A stretch of DNA of 63,422 bases, the filler included, from Nemertoderma westbladi (Eukaryota; Animalia; Xenacoelomorpha): NCBI GenBank assembly GCA_032718475.1. It is 4 parts of 4 records of this genome, joined end to end, with 100 filler letters (N's around TTAATTAATTAA, not from the genome) between each part and the next. Parts side by side here need not be neighbours in the genome. Positions count along the whole stretch, not along the records: positions 1 to 17,832 come from JAUCBJ010003475.1; positions 17,933 to 39,943 come from JAUCBJ010007495.1; 2 more parts are not named here. One strand, given 5' to 3'. The notes below the pieces were generated by a model that worked only from the letters and a program-made list of their open reading frames with translations, was not told where the DNA came from and did no database searches. Position numbers and translations under genes: made by a program. The stretch's first letter is position 1; every line of letters begins with the position of its first letter. Shown here piece after piece: positions 13,225 through 25,521 of the stretch.

Positions 13225-14060
13225 AAGTGATCGTATTGTTTCGGTTAGAAAAGCCCTCTTCTGTAACCTGCTCCTTTCCCTTATTAGGTAAAAGTAATCG
13301 TTTATTGTAACCTGCTCTTATCCTATCCCTCGATAAAGTGACCGTTTATGGTTTTGGTTAGAAAAGCCTGCCTCTGTGACCTGCAACTTTCCCTCAATTG
13401 GTAATGTTATCGTTTATTGTTTTGGTTAGAAAAGACCGTCTATGTAACCTGCTCCTTTCCCTCAATTGGTAAAGTGATTTTTTATTATTTTGGTTAGAAA
13501 AGCCCGCCTCATTAACCTGCTCCTTTCCCTCATTTGGTAAAGTGACCGTTTGTTGTTTTGGTTAGAAAAGCCTGCCTCTGTAACCTGATCCTTTCCATCA
13601 ATTTGTAAAAGTAATCGTTTATTGTTTTGGTTAGAAAATACCGCCAGATGTAACCTGCTCCTTTCCCTTGATAAAGTGACCGTTAATTGTTTTGGTTAGA
13701 AAATCCCGCCTCTGTAACGTGCTCCTTTCCCTCATTTGGTAAAGTGACTGTTTATTGTTTTGGATAGAAAAGCCTGGCGCTGTAACCTGATGATTTCCCT
13801 CATTTGGTAAAGTGACCGTTTATTGTTTTGGTTATAAAAGCCCACCTCTGTAACCTGCTCATTTCCCTTAATTTATAATGTTATTGTTTATGGTTTTGGC
13901 TAAGAAATGCCAGTTACCGCTCCTTTTCCTCATTTAGTAATGTGACCGTTTATTGTTTTGGTTAGAAAAGACCGCTTCTGTAACCCATTGGAAAATTGAT
14001 CTTTTATCGTTTTGGTTCGAATAACCGGCCTCTCTAATATGATCCTTTGCATCAATTGGT
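13225..14060. repeat. ~68-bp diverged tandem repeat, ~12 copies
   Basis: GTAACCTGCTCCTTTCC...TTTATTGTTTTGGTTAGAAAAG recurs at 13444, 13512, 13580, 13782, 13850. Confidence 0.9.
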
Positions 14061-14577
14061 AATTGTTTTTAGCTATAAAATGAGTGTTTTCCTACAGTCA
14101 TATGGAAATCGAATATCGAGAACATCCAGAAATTAATAAATTTAGAATCCCGTCTTTTACCACAGGCGCATATGGAAATCTATCTCATGGTCTATAAATC
14201 GTCAAATTTTGAATGTTTTGCCACATCGACAGACCCAGACATAGAGGCGCCCCAAACCACTCAGATGTGCTGCTATCAGTAATGCCTATATCACTGATAC
14301 TGTTGAGTTGCTACAACAGTACTGACTTTAGTACTGTATGATTCAAGTTGACCCCGTAATGATTTATAGCCGGAAAATTAAATGTTTTTTTAATAATAAT
14401 AAAATATTTATAACAATAAATGACACGTTAAATAATCGAGAAAAATAAATGACACGTTAAATAATCGAGAACATTGTTCGACCACTTTAGGATTAGCTTT
14501 AGTTATATAGTTCTAGGTCAGCATTGTTTGGTACTATTTAGCTTTATACCATTTTATAAAACACGACTACAAATTAT

Positions 14578-16083
14578 CAGGGATAGCATAACGAAACGAA
14601 AGAAATTTAAATTTCGTTTCGTTTTCAAAAATTTCGTTTCGTTTTTACAAATCCGTTTCGTTTCATTGATTTTAAATTCGTTTTTCGTTTCGATTCGTTT
14701 CGTTTTCTTCTAAAATTTTTGATTCTATGAAATAAAAGTTTGAAATATAACAGCCCCCCATACCAACACCATGATATTGTATTACTACTACTACTAGGAT
14801 CGGCATGCTGCATTGCAGCTGCATTTTTAAGAATGCTGTGCCGGCTTGTCAACAAAATTGCACCACCACAACTCCCTATCACCCATGACATTTGCTAGAT
14901 CATCCGCATCTTTAAGGCCAGTGTCCTTTAAGATGCGTCTCAAGAAAGTCATTGGCTGTCCACCATGCTTATTCACTCCATGAGGCTGCCAAAGTACAAG
15001 ATTATGCACTGGCTGGTCCTCACGGCGAAAGCAATGTCCTGCAAAGCGGAGGCGATTTTGTTCTAGTGTCAAGCTTGGGGGAGCCGTTGGGCTCCCTCTA
15101 ATGATTCTGAGAGTACTCCTAAGTCATCAGCAAAGTCTAGATCAGTTAGGTACTTGGCAGGATTTCCTCGACTTCTGGAGCCAGTAGGTGGAGTTATCAT
15201 CACCCCATCATCATTATGATGATCTAAGGACATGCGTAGAACATAGTCAACCACAATAATGAACAAGAATGGTGCAAGTGTGTCTCCTTGGAGGACGCCC
15301 CATAACACTTCAAATGGTTCTGTGTCACCGTCAACAGTAGACACAAATGTTGTCGAACCATCGTATACTGATCTGATTGCTGCAATAATTTCATCAGGAA
15401 TCCCATATAATGAAAGTATGCTGAACATACGTGAGCGAGAGACTGAATCAAAGGCCTTGAAGAAGTCAACAAAGATAACAGCCAGATGCCTGTCTTTCTT
15501 TTTTGATAATTCTTCAAATATCCTTCTAAGTGCCAAAATGGGCTCCATGGTTCCACGACCATGATATTGTATTAGTACAGTATAATGTAGTTAGTATCAA
15601 TACAATATAGTTTAAAAATGATAACATTATAATTCTATCAATTTAAGGTGTTGACTCCCCCAACATTTTGCAGTATGTTTCCTTTTGAGTTTCATACATT
15701 ATACTGGTAACATATGTAACGTCCCGCCAGGTGAAATGCCAGGTATACCAGTTGTTGCTCTATTATGTATAGTTTATTAATTTACAGTATTGCCTTACTG
15801 CCTCATTACAGCTAGGCTGTTACATTGCAATGATGCCGGAATTGGTGGGCAAAAAGGTTGCTTTATTGAATGAAATAATAATTTACTCTGTTTACAATAC
15901 AACAATTATTGAGAATATCATTAGTAGGCCTATTATCATTAATATAATATTATTAAATTTCTATTGTAATGATTAATTACTTTTTAATTTATCGAAACGA
16001 AAAATTTAACGAAACGAAACACTTATTAAATTGTTTTTTTTGTTTCGTTTAACATTTTTTTTTGTTACGTTATGCCATCCCTG
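14578..16083. mobile_element. hAT-type MITE with perfect 8-bp TSD, carrying a LINE insertion
   Basis: TIR CAGGGATAGCATAACG / CGTTATGCCATCCCTG. TSD CAAATTAT at 14570-14577 and 16084-16091. Subterminal ACGAA repeats. Confidence 0.85.
14785..15560 (-). mobile_element. RTE-like family A copy: 5'-truncated, internally deleted, with (TAG)4 tail and TSD
   Basis: TSD ACCATGATATTGTATTA at 14768-14784 and 15558-15574. About 470 bp is deleted at ~15081 relative to copy 1. Confidence 0.9.
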
Positions 16084-17832
16084 CAAATTATATTAGCCTA
16101 TACCCAATGTCCTGCTAATTTATTCGATGTTTTTACACTTGTAATAATAAAAGCTGTTACAAAACTACCATAAAGCAATAGAATACATTACTGTACTGTG
16201 ATAAATATGTAGAAGTAGAACATTATTTTCACTTACTCGATATATTTTATTTACCGAGCGTAGCGAGATAAATAAAGAATCAAGAGACTAACTAAACATT
16301 ATGAGTATAAGGATTGAAAAAATATTCTAAGCTACGATTGAAAAATAGGCGTCGTTACTAAGTAGTAATTGGAAAAATAGTACTTTATACTAAATAATTT
16401 TATAGGAAATAAATATTTACGGTTCTCCTTGTGCGCATGAATAATTGTAGATAAGTAAGTGAATATAGTAAAAATATCCTTATGTTCTAAGAACAAAATA
16501 TTGTTTAAAAAACCAGATTGGGGGGGGGGGGGGGGGGGGGGGGCTTTATTCAACGCAATCAAAATTCATTGAATTTGCGTTCAGTCAAGAGCCCCCCCCC
16601 CCCCCCCCCCGTGTCTAAAAAAAGACCCTATAAACAGGAACTTAACAACTCTGGTGGTAATAAATAACTACTATATAACTGACAGATGCAACCGTGATGA
16701 TTTACAATGTCAACTTTTACAAATTTTGTGAAATATGTTTTTCTAGTTTGAAACTCAGCGAAATTTTAACTTCAAATTTAACATCAATTTTTTAAACATT
16801 TTTTAATTTTGTTCATGGCTTCAAGTTTTTGAGATGGCCTAGTTTTAAAATAAAACAACAATGTCACAAAATAAACCCTGGGTTTAAGCGACTTTTCGAA
16901 ACACTGAATCTTAGAGATTAATTCTTCTGAATCTATGGACTTATCAATTTTGCCCAAAAAGTGGACATGGTTGCTGGTTATGGTTGCCTTTATTGTAAAC
17001 TTAGTGTAGGCCTACTTACCGGTAACTAATTTAATGTAATAATTACACAATTATCAGTGGATTTACGGAGGGTGTCTGACTGCTCTACACTGCTATTACA
17101 TGCCTATACAGAAAATTATACCTTTGATATAAATTAGACATTGATAAAATAGGAACAGTAAATAAATAGATTTTAGGAATGTTATAGAATGGACCGTCAT
17201 AAATAAATGAAGTCAAATAATACACATAGAACAATTAAAAATAATGCACCATAAGCTACCATCACAGAGCAGATGGTAATTAATACATTTAGCAAATAGG
17301 ATCCCATTAAATGGATTACGCCATGAAGAAACACCGTTTACCATAGTAATTGACGAAGTAATAGGAATTGACAGGTGGTTGGAATTTGGTGTCATCCATT
17401 GGGTTGTTGGATTGCTAAGCAACGCGTATTGCGGGGTAATAGGCTACATCTCCTGAACCTGTATGTATATTTAATTTATTCAGTTACTTAAAGTAATCAA
17501 GTTAATAAGGGGGGGGGGGGGGGGATTTTTAAAATGTTTCAAATTTACTATGTTAAGCAGTCCAGGCAATGAACACGTTCGACAAAATTATTTTTTGACG
17601 CCCTCTAGCAGACAACACAGAAAATATTTCATTTTTACAAAAAACGCTAAGTCGCGAGTCACTGGGTTTTAATCAAATATAATGAAAGTTAGTTTATCTT
17701 TTTCAAAATTTTTATGACTAACTGAAAAAATCTGCCTAATACATTTCGTCTGGGTCTATTATGTAACTAGGTTTCCAACAATAAATTGGAGAAATCCGTT
17801 AACAAATGGCGGAGGAATAGAAATTTAAAAAT

Positions 17833-17932
17833 NNNNNNNNNNNNNNNNNNNNNNNNNNNNNNNNNNNNNNNNNNNNTTAATTAATTAANNNNNNNNNNNN
17901 NNNNNNNNNNNNNNNNNNNNNNNNNNNNNNNN
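17833..17932. other. Artificial contig linker
   Basis: N-run, TTAATTAATTAA, N-run; 100 bp in total. Confidence 0.97.
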
Positions 17933-20900
17933 TCATAGCTTTAATTTAAATTTGTCCCAAATATGTTGTTTATGTCCCATATAGGGTGTTTGTGTCCCAT
18001 ATAGGGTGTTTGTGTCCCAAATTGCGTGTGACTTTCTCAAAATGATTTTACATAGTTTATAAATAAAATGGACATACTCAAAGGAAAATAGAATCCACTA
18101 TCATAGTTTTAATTTAAATTTGTCCCAAATAGGTTGTTTGTGTCCCATATAGGGTGTTTGTGTCCCAAATAGCGTGTGACTTTCTCAAAATGATTTTAAA
18201 TAGTTTCTAAATCTCATGGAATACTCAAAAGAATATAGAATTCACTACCATAGCTTTAATTTAAATTTGTCCCAAATAGGTTGTTTTTGTCCCATATAGG
18301 GTGTTTGAGTCCCGTATAGGGTGTGAAATGCTTATAATGATTTCAAATATTTTCTAAATGATAATGGAATACTCAAAAGAATGAATGACATATAGAATTC
18401 ACTATCATAGCTTTAATTTAAATTTGTCCCAAATAGGTTGTTTATGTCCCACATAGGGTGTTTGTGTCCCATATAGGGTGTTTGTGTCCCAAATAGCGTG
18501 GGACTTTCTCAAAATGATTTTACATAGTTTATAAATATAATGGAATGCTCAAAAGAAAATATAATTCACTATCATAGCTTTAATTTAAATTTGTCCCAAA
18601 TAGGTTGTTTTTGTCCCATATAGGGTGTTTGTGTCGCATATAGGGTGTTTGTGTCCCAAATTGCGTGTGACTTTCTCAAAATGGTTTTACATAGTTTATA
18701 AATAAAATGGACATACTCAAAGGAAAATAGAATCCACTATCATAGTTTTAATTTAAATTTGTCCCAAATAGGTTGTTTGTGTCCCATATAGGGTGCTTGT
18801 GTCCTGTATAGGGTGTGAAGTGCTTATAATGATTTCAAATAGTTTCGAAATGTAATGGAATATTCAAAAGAATATTCCAGGTACTAAATAGTACTACGTT
18901 AGAATGAATACTGTAAATGAACCGAAATGAATGCAATTTTCGCCCACAAATAATTATCCCTATGATCCCTACGAAGTACTTAGACTGACCAATATGTATA
19001 CTAACAATCCGAAATTTTGGTTTTCTTAAAAAGTCTAAAGCAAAATGCTACTAAATATAAAATAAGGAAAAATAAGGGAAGGAAGCAGCGGTACATTCAG
19101 TTGGAATAGATTGGAATTGGTAGAAGAAAGGAAAAAATATTATTTTTATTATTCCATTACATTTAGAAACTATTTGAAATTATTATAAGCAATTCACACC
19201 CTATACGGGAGTCAAACACCCTATATGGGACAAAAACAACCTATTTGGGACAAATTGAAATTAAAGCTATGGTATTGAATTCTATATTCTTTTGAGTATT
19301 CCATGAGATTTAGAAACTATTTAAAATCATTATAACCAATTCACACCCTATATGGGACTCAAACACCCTATATGGGACAAAAACAACCTATTTGGGACAA
19401 ATTGAAATTAAAGCTATGGTAGTGAATTCTATATTCTTTTGAGTATTCCACGAGATTTAGAAACTATTTAAAATCATTTTGAGAAAGTCACACGCTATTT
19501 GGGACACAAACACCCTATATGGGACAAAAACAACCTATTTGGGACTAATTGAAATTAAAGCTATGGTAGTGAATTCTATAGTCTTTTGAGTATTCCATTA
19601 CATTTCGAAACTATTTGAAATCATTATAAGCACTTCACACCCTATACGGGACACAAACACCCTATACGGGACACAAACACCCTATATGGGACACAAACAA
19701 CCTATTTGGGACAAATTTAAATTAAAGTTATGATAGTGGATTCTATTTTCTTTTGAGTATTTCCATGAGATTTATAAACTATGTAAAATCATTTTGAGGA
19801 AGTCACACGCTATTTGGCACAAAAAAACACCCTATATGGGACGAAAACAACCTATTTGGGACAAATTGAAATTAAAGCTATGGTAGTGAATTCTATATTC
19901 TTTTGAGTATTCCATTACATTTCGAAACTATTTGAAATCATTATAAGCACTTCACACCGTATACGGGACACAAACACCCTATACGGGACACAAACACCCT
20001 ATATGGGACACAAACAACCTATTTGGGACAAATTTAAATTAAAGCTATGATAGTGGATTATATTTTCTTTTGAGTATTTCCATTATATTTATAAACTATG
20101 TAAAATCATTTTGAGGAAGTCACACGCTATTTGGCACATAAACACCCTATATGGGATGAAAACAACCTATTTGGGACAAATTGAAATTAAAGCTATGGTT
20201 GTGAATTTTATATTCTTTTGAGTATTCCATTACATTTAGAAACTATTTAAAATCATTATAAGCAATTCACACCCTATACGGGAGTCAAACACCCTATATG
20301 GGACAAAAACAACCTATTTGGGACAAATTGAAATTAAAGCTATGGTAGTGAATTCTATATTCTTTTGAGTATTCCATGAGATTTAGAAACTATTTAAAAT
20401 CATTATAAGCAATTCACACCCTATATGGGTCTCAAACACCCTATATGGGACAAAAACAACCTATTTGGGACAAATTGAAATTAAAGCTATGGTAGTGAAT
20501 TCTATATTCTTTTGAGTATTCCATGAGATTTAGAAACTATTTAAAATCATTTTGAGAAAGTCACACGCTATTTGGGACACAAACACCCTATATGGGACAA
20601 AAACAACCTATTTGGGACAAATTGAAATTAAAGCTATGGTAGTGAATTCTATAGTCTTTTGAGTATTCCATTACATTTCGAAACTATTTGAAATGATTAT
20701 AAGCACTTCATACCCTATATGGGACACAAACACCCTATACGGGACACAAACACCCTATATGGGACACAAACAACCTATTTGGGACAAATTTAAATTAAAG
20801 TTATGATAATGGATTCTATTTTCTTTTGAGTATTTCCATGAGATTTATAAACTGTGTAAAATCATTTTGAGGAAGTCACACGCTATTTGGCAAGAAAAAC

Positions 20901-22771
20901 TCCCTATATGGGACGAAAACAACCTATTTGGGACAAATTGAAATTAAAGCTATGGTAGTGAATTCTATATTCTTTTGAGTATTCCATTACATTTCGAAAC
21001 TATTTTAAATCATTATAAGCACTTCACACCCTATACGGGACACAAACACCCTATACGGGACACAAACACCCTATATGGGACACAAACAACCTATTTGGGA
21101 CAAATTTAAATTAAAGTTATGATAGTGGATTCTATTTTCTTTTGAGTATTTCCATGAGATTTATAAACTATGTAAAATCATTTTGAGGAAGTCACACGCT
21201 ATTTGGCACATAAACACCCTATATGGGACGAAAACAACCTATTTGGGACAAATTGAAATTAAAGCTATGGTTGTGAATTTTATATTCTTTTGAGTATTCC
21301 ATTACATTTAGAAACTATTTAAAATCATTATAAGCAATTCACACCCTATATGGGACTCAAACACCCTATATGGGACAAAAACAACCTATTTGGGACAAAT
21401 TGAAATTAAAGCTATCTTAGTGAATTCTATATTCTTTTGAGTATTCCATGAGATTTAGAAACTATATTTAAAATCATTTTGAGAAAGTCACACGCTATTT
21501 GGGACACAAACACCCTATATGGAACACAAACACCCTATATGGGACAAAAACAACCTATTTGGGACAAATTGAAATTAAAGCTATGGTAGTGAATTCTATA
21601 TTCTTTTGAGTATTCCATTACATTTCGAAACTATTTAAAACCAGTATAAGCAATTCACACCCTATATGGGACTCAAACACCCTATATGGGACAAAAACAA
21701 CCTATTTGGGACAAATTGAAATTAAAGCAATGATAGTGAATTATATTTTATTTTGAGTATTCCATTATATTTATAAACTATGTAAAATCATTTTGAGAAA
21801 GTCACACGCTATTTGGCACACATACACCCTATATGGGACACAAACACCCTATATGGGACATAAACAACCTAGTTGGGACAAATTTAAATTAAAGCTATGA
21901 TAGTGAATTCTATAGTCTTTTGAGTATTCCATTGCATTTCGAAACTATTTGAAATGATTATAAGCACTTCATACCCTATATGGGACACAAACACCCTATA
22001 CGGGACACAAACACCCTATATGGGACACAAACAACCTATTTGGGACAAATTTAAATTAAAGTTATGATAGTGGATTCTATTTTCTTTTGAATATTCCATT
22101 ATATTTATAAACTATGTAAAATCATTTTGAGAAAGTCATACGCTATTTGGCACACTAACACCCTATATGGGACAAAAACAACCTATTTGGGACAAATTTA
22201 AATTAAAGCTATGATAGTGAATTCTATTTTCTTTTGAGTATTCCATTATATTTATAAACTATGTAAAATCATTTTGAGAAAGTGACACGCAATTTGGGAT
22301 ACAAACACCCTATATGGGACACAAACACCCTATATGGGACATAAACAACCTATTTGGGACAAATTTGAATTAAAGCTATGATTATGAAGTGGAGTTTTCG
22401 GTATTCCTTTACATTTATAAACTATTTTAAATAATTTTGATAAAGCTACAGGCTATTTTGGACAAAATCAACCTATACGTGACACTAACAACCTATTTGA
22501 GTCAAATTTTAGACTTATGAAGGACTATTTGGGATGAGTTGAGTCTGGGGGAGGAGGTTGCGATATCACTAATTTGATTTTCATTTAATTATTATTATAC
22601 GAATGTATTTAGATTTATTATAAGTGAATAAATTGCACCACATGAATAAATTGCACAATGAATAAGTTGCACAACATGAATAAATTGCACAATATGAATA
22701 AATTGCACAACATGAAATGAAATAACGTGACTATGATGACCCTATAGCCTATAATGCATCACAGTCTTACA
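17933..22771. mobile_element. Foldback-type element with satellite arms (left end lost at the gap)
   Basis: Satellite in + orientation 17933-18875, spacer to ~19150, inverted satellite 19150-22480, then a unique terminal block ending ...CATCACAGTCTTACA that is inverse to 25522-25780. Confidence 0.7.
19150..22480 (-). repeat. Satellite with 147/167-bp monomers built on 20-bp subrepeats (CAAACACCCTATATGGGACA); ~1.07-kb higher-order repeat
   Basis: AAAG(C/T)TAT anchor at 19263, 19410, 19557, 19724, 19874, 20041, 20189, 20336. Block offsets of 1073/1072 bp. Confidence 0.9.
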
Positions 22772-23384
22772 AGCCATTTGCAAGGCACCCACAGTATATC
22801 TTTAACCATAACTTGGGAACATGTATTCCAAATGCCCTTATTTAGAATGGGAATTTCCACTGTACATATACCTCAACCAGCTCTTGTCCCAAATACGTTG
22901 CTTGGTCCAGTATAGGTTGTTATAATGAGCCCCGGATTCGTAGCTGACACTTGGATTATATATCAGTGGAATTTTCCATTAACCTTTACATTATATAGCC
23001 AATAAGGGAGATGCCTAACTGTAGGAATGTTGGTATTGGTCCGATGACGAGGAGTTGGCTCATATGATGATTTGATTGGATGCCCCTATATTGGACAGGT
23101 TGGAAATCATTAGGCAACGTATTTGGGACAGGTAGGACTAATAGAAAGCCCCATAGAAGTGAAGGGAAACACCCTATTCTGGACAATGATGTAGATACTA
23201 TTGAAAAATGTCCACCTATTGCCCAGCTTGCTGCCAAATCAATTTAATTTAAATCACTTTTAGCAGACCTTTTATGTTTGGTGTTAACACCAATTTTAAT
23301 TTGACATTATTTTATTTTATATATAGATAACTTAATTTTAATAGAATAAATTAACTCCGGGTGGAGTGTATATATTTAAAAAAT

Positions 23385-24690
23385 GGCCTTTCCTCTCAGC
23401 GGCCAACCAGTTAGCCATCCTACCTTTCGCCGTGAGGACCAGCCAGCATAATCTGTCACCAGTAGTCAGTCGTAGTATTATGTAGTCAGCCGGTCGACCA
23501 TGGCTACGCTTTCCTGGTATGACCTCATGTTTACTTCTCTGACAGTGCCCACTGAATCTTAATCTGCGTTCACGGAGGGTGGTTGATACATGTGGTATTG
23601 TACCATAAAGCTTGGCGTTTGTTATGTGTTGTCTCCAGCTGATGTTTAGGGCTAGCCTTAGTTAGTAGTCTTGTGTAGCAACCATCAATTCGTTGTTCAA
23701 GTGATTTAGTCATTACAGAATATTATGACATACAAAAAGATACTGTACGACTTACAGAATATGACATACAAATAGTAGTGTCCAGGTCTCACCCCCATAT
23801 AAAAATACACTTTCCACTGTGGCTAAAAATAACTTAGTATTCAGGTACCTTGAAAGATCTGATTTCCATATGGTATCCATTTTTTTTATAGATGTATTTG
23901 ATTGCCAACATTTCCAGCATTTTACCTCTATGGGTGGAGTGTAATGCTGCTTTCTTGAAGTCCACAAAAGTCAGGACAACGCAACGGGGAGATTCTTTGA
24001 CTTAATTCCTTCAATCAGTCTCCGTAGCGCAAGTATCTGAGCTATTGTTGATCTTGGTCGAAATCCGTTTTGGCTCTTGCGCAGCAGATTCTCGATGTGA
24101 GGCCTAATTCTATGTATATAGAACATTTTGTTGTAAATAGTCGCAGCTACCACAAACACACAGATCCCACGATAGTTTGTTGGTATACCGAAGTTTCCTC
24201 TCTTGGGGAGAGGCTTTAGTTGACCTTTAGTCCAAATTGGTGGTGGCTTTTCCCCTTTCAGCATCCGGTTGCAAACATTCAATAATGGTCTGTTTAGCAC
24301 TCCGGTTTTCCATACCTCCGCTGGGATTTCATCTAATCCACTCGCTTTATTATTGGACATGCTTTTAATGTTTCTTTGAAGTTCGGCAGGTGTGAAGTCC
24401 CCTGTTTCTATAGGTAGCGTCTTGTCATATTTTTTCCTTGTAGGGCTGACCTCGATGTTTGGTGGCTACCCGAGCAAGTTGCAGAAATGCTCTTTCCATT
24501 TCCCAACACGTTCTTCAGGACTATCAACTTTTAGGCACCCCTTTGAATAACTTTTCCGACCAGATAGCTCATTTACAGTTTTTCAGGTAAGTCTTGATTG
24601 TTGCTGTATGTGAGCAGTTGCAGTTGTAATTTTAATTGCCCTGTATGTACTTGTCCTGGCTGATCGTGTATGCAGCCTCCTTAGCTACTG
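23385..24690 (-). mobile_element. Degraded RTE-like LINE, family B
   Basis: NKASGLDEIPAEVWK, PLPKRGN, NYRGI, SQNGFR, ATVESVFLYGGETW. Many frameshifts. Confidence 0.85.
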
Positions 24691-24820
24691 TCTTCGCTGA
24701 AGACAGGTAGATAGCAACTAAATACAGAATTGTGGAAATTCACAATTACGGAATCATGAATAGACAAGTGCAAAAAATGCATTAGTGTTTACATCATTGT
24801 CCAGAATTGGGGTTTCCCTC

Positions 24821-25521
24821 CAGTATACGATGGTTCGACAACATTTGTGTCAACTGTTGATGGTGACACAGAACCATTTGAAGTGTTATGGGGCGTCCTC
24901 CAGGGAGACACACTTGCACCATTCTTGTTCATAATTGTTGTTGACTATGTTCTACGCATGTCCTTAGATCATCATAATGATGATGGGGTGATGATAACTC
25001 CACCTACTGGCTCCAAAAGTCGAGGAAATCCTGCCAAGTACCTAACTGATCTAGACTTTGCTGATGACTTAGGAGTACTCTCAGAATCACTAGAGGGAGC
25101 CCAACGGCTCCTCAGCTCATTATAACATGCTGCTTCTAGTGTTGGTGACCAAAATTTTGACAGTTAACTTTGAAAGTTATCAGCAAATCTCTGATCGGAT
25201 GAGCATAAGCTCAAAGGATGGTATGCTTGAGCATGTGGACGACTTCTGTTACCTGGGATCATGGATCCGGAAGTCAGGTGAGGTGAGGACCTTCGAATAC
25301 GTAAGGAAAAGGCATGGGCAGCCTTGAATAGGCCTTCCAGGATTTGGAAGGCACCGAGAATTAATCGGAAACTTAAGGTCCGATTATTTAGAGCAGCAGT
25401 AGTTCCAGTACTCCTCTATGGGAGTCCATGCTGGGCTCTAACTGCTGAGGACACCAAATCTCTGGATGGCACATTCACAAGAATGCTACGCCGGGTTCAT
25501 TGTGTCAAGTACAATGCACAC
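24821..25521 (+). mobile_element. RTE-like family A internal fragment, ending where the second foldback begins
   Basis: GVLQGDTLAP, DLDFADD; near-identical to copy 1; ends at VKYNAH|TGTAAGAC. Confidence 0.9.

Noticed and set aside
17877-17888. Recurrent TTAATTAATTAA motif
   Set aside because: Artificial six-frame-stop linker inside N-runs
22772-25521. Composite transposon bounded by the two TGTAAGAC ends
   Set aside because: The termini abut this segment with their arms extending away from it, so they belong to two separate elements
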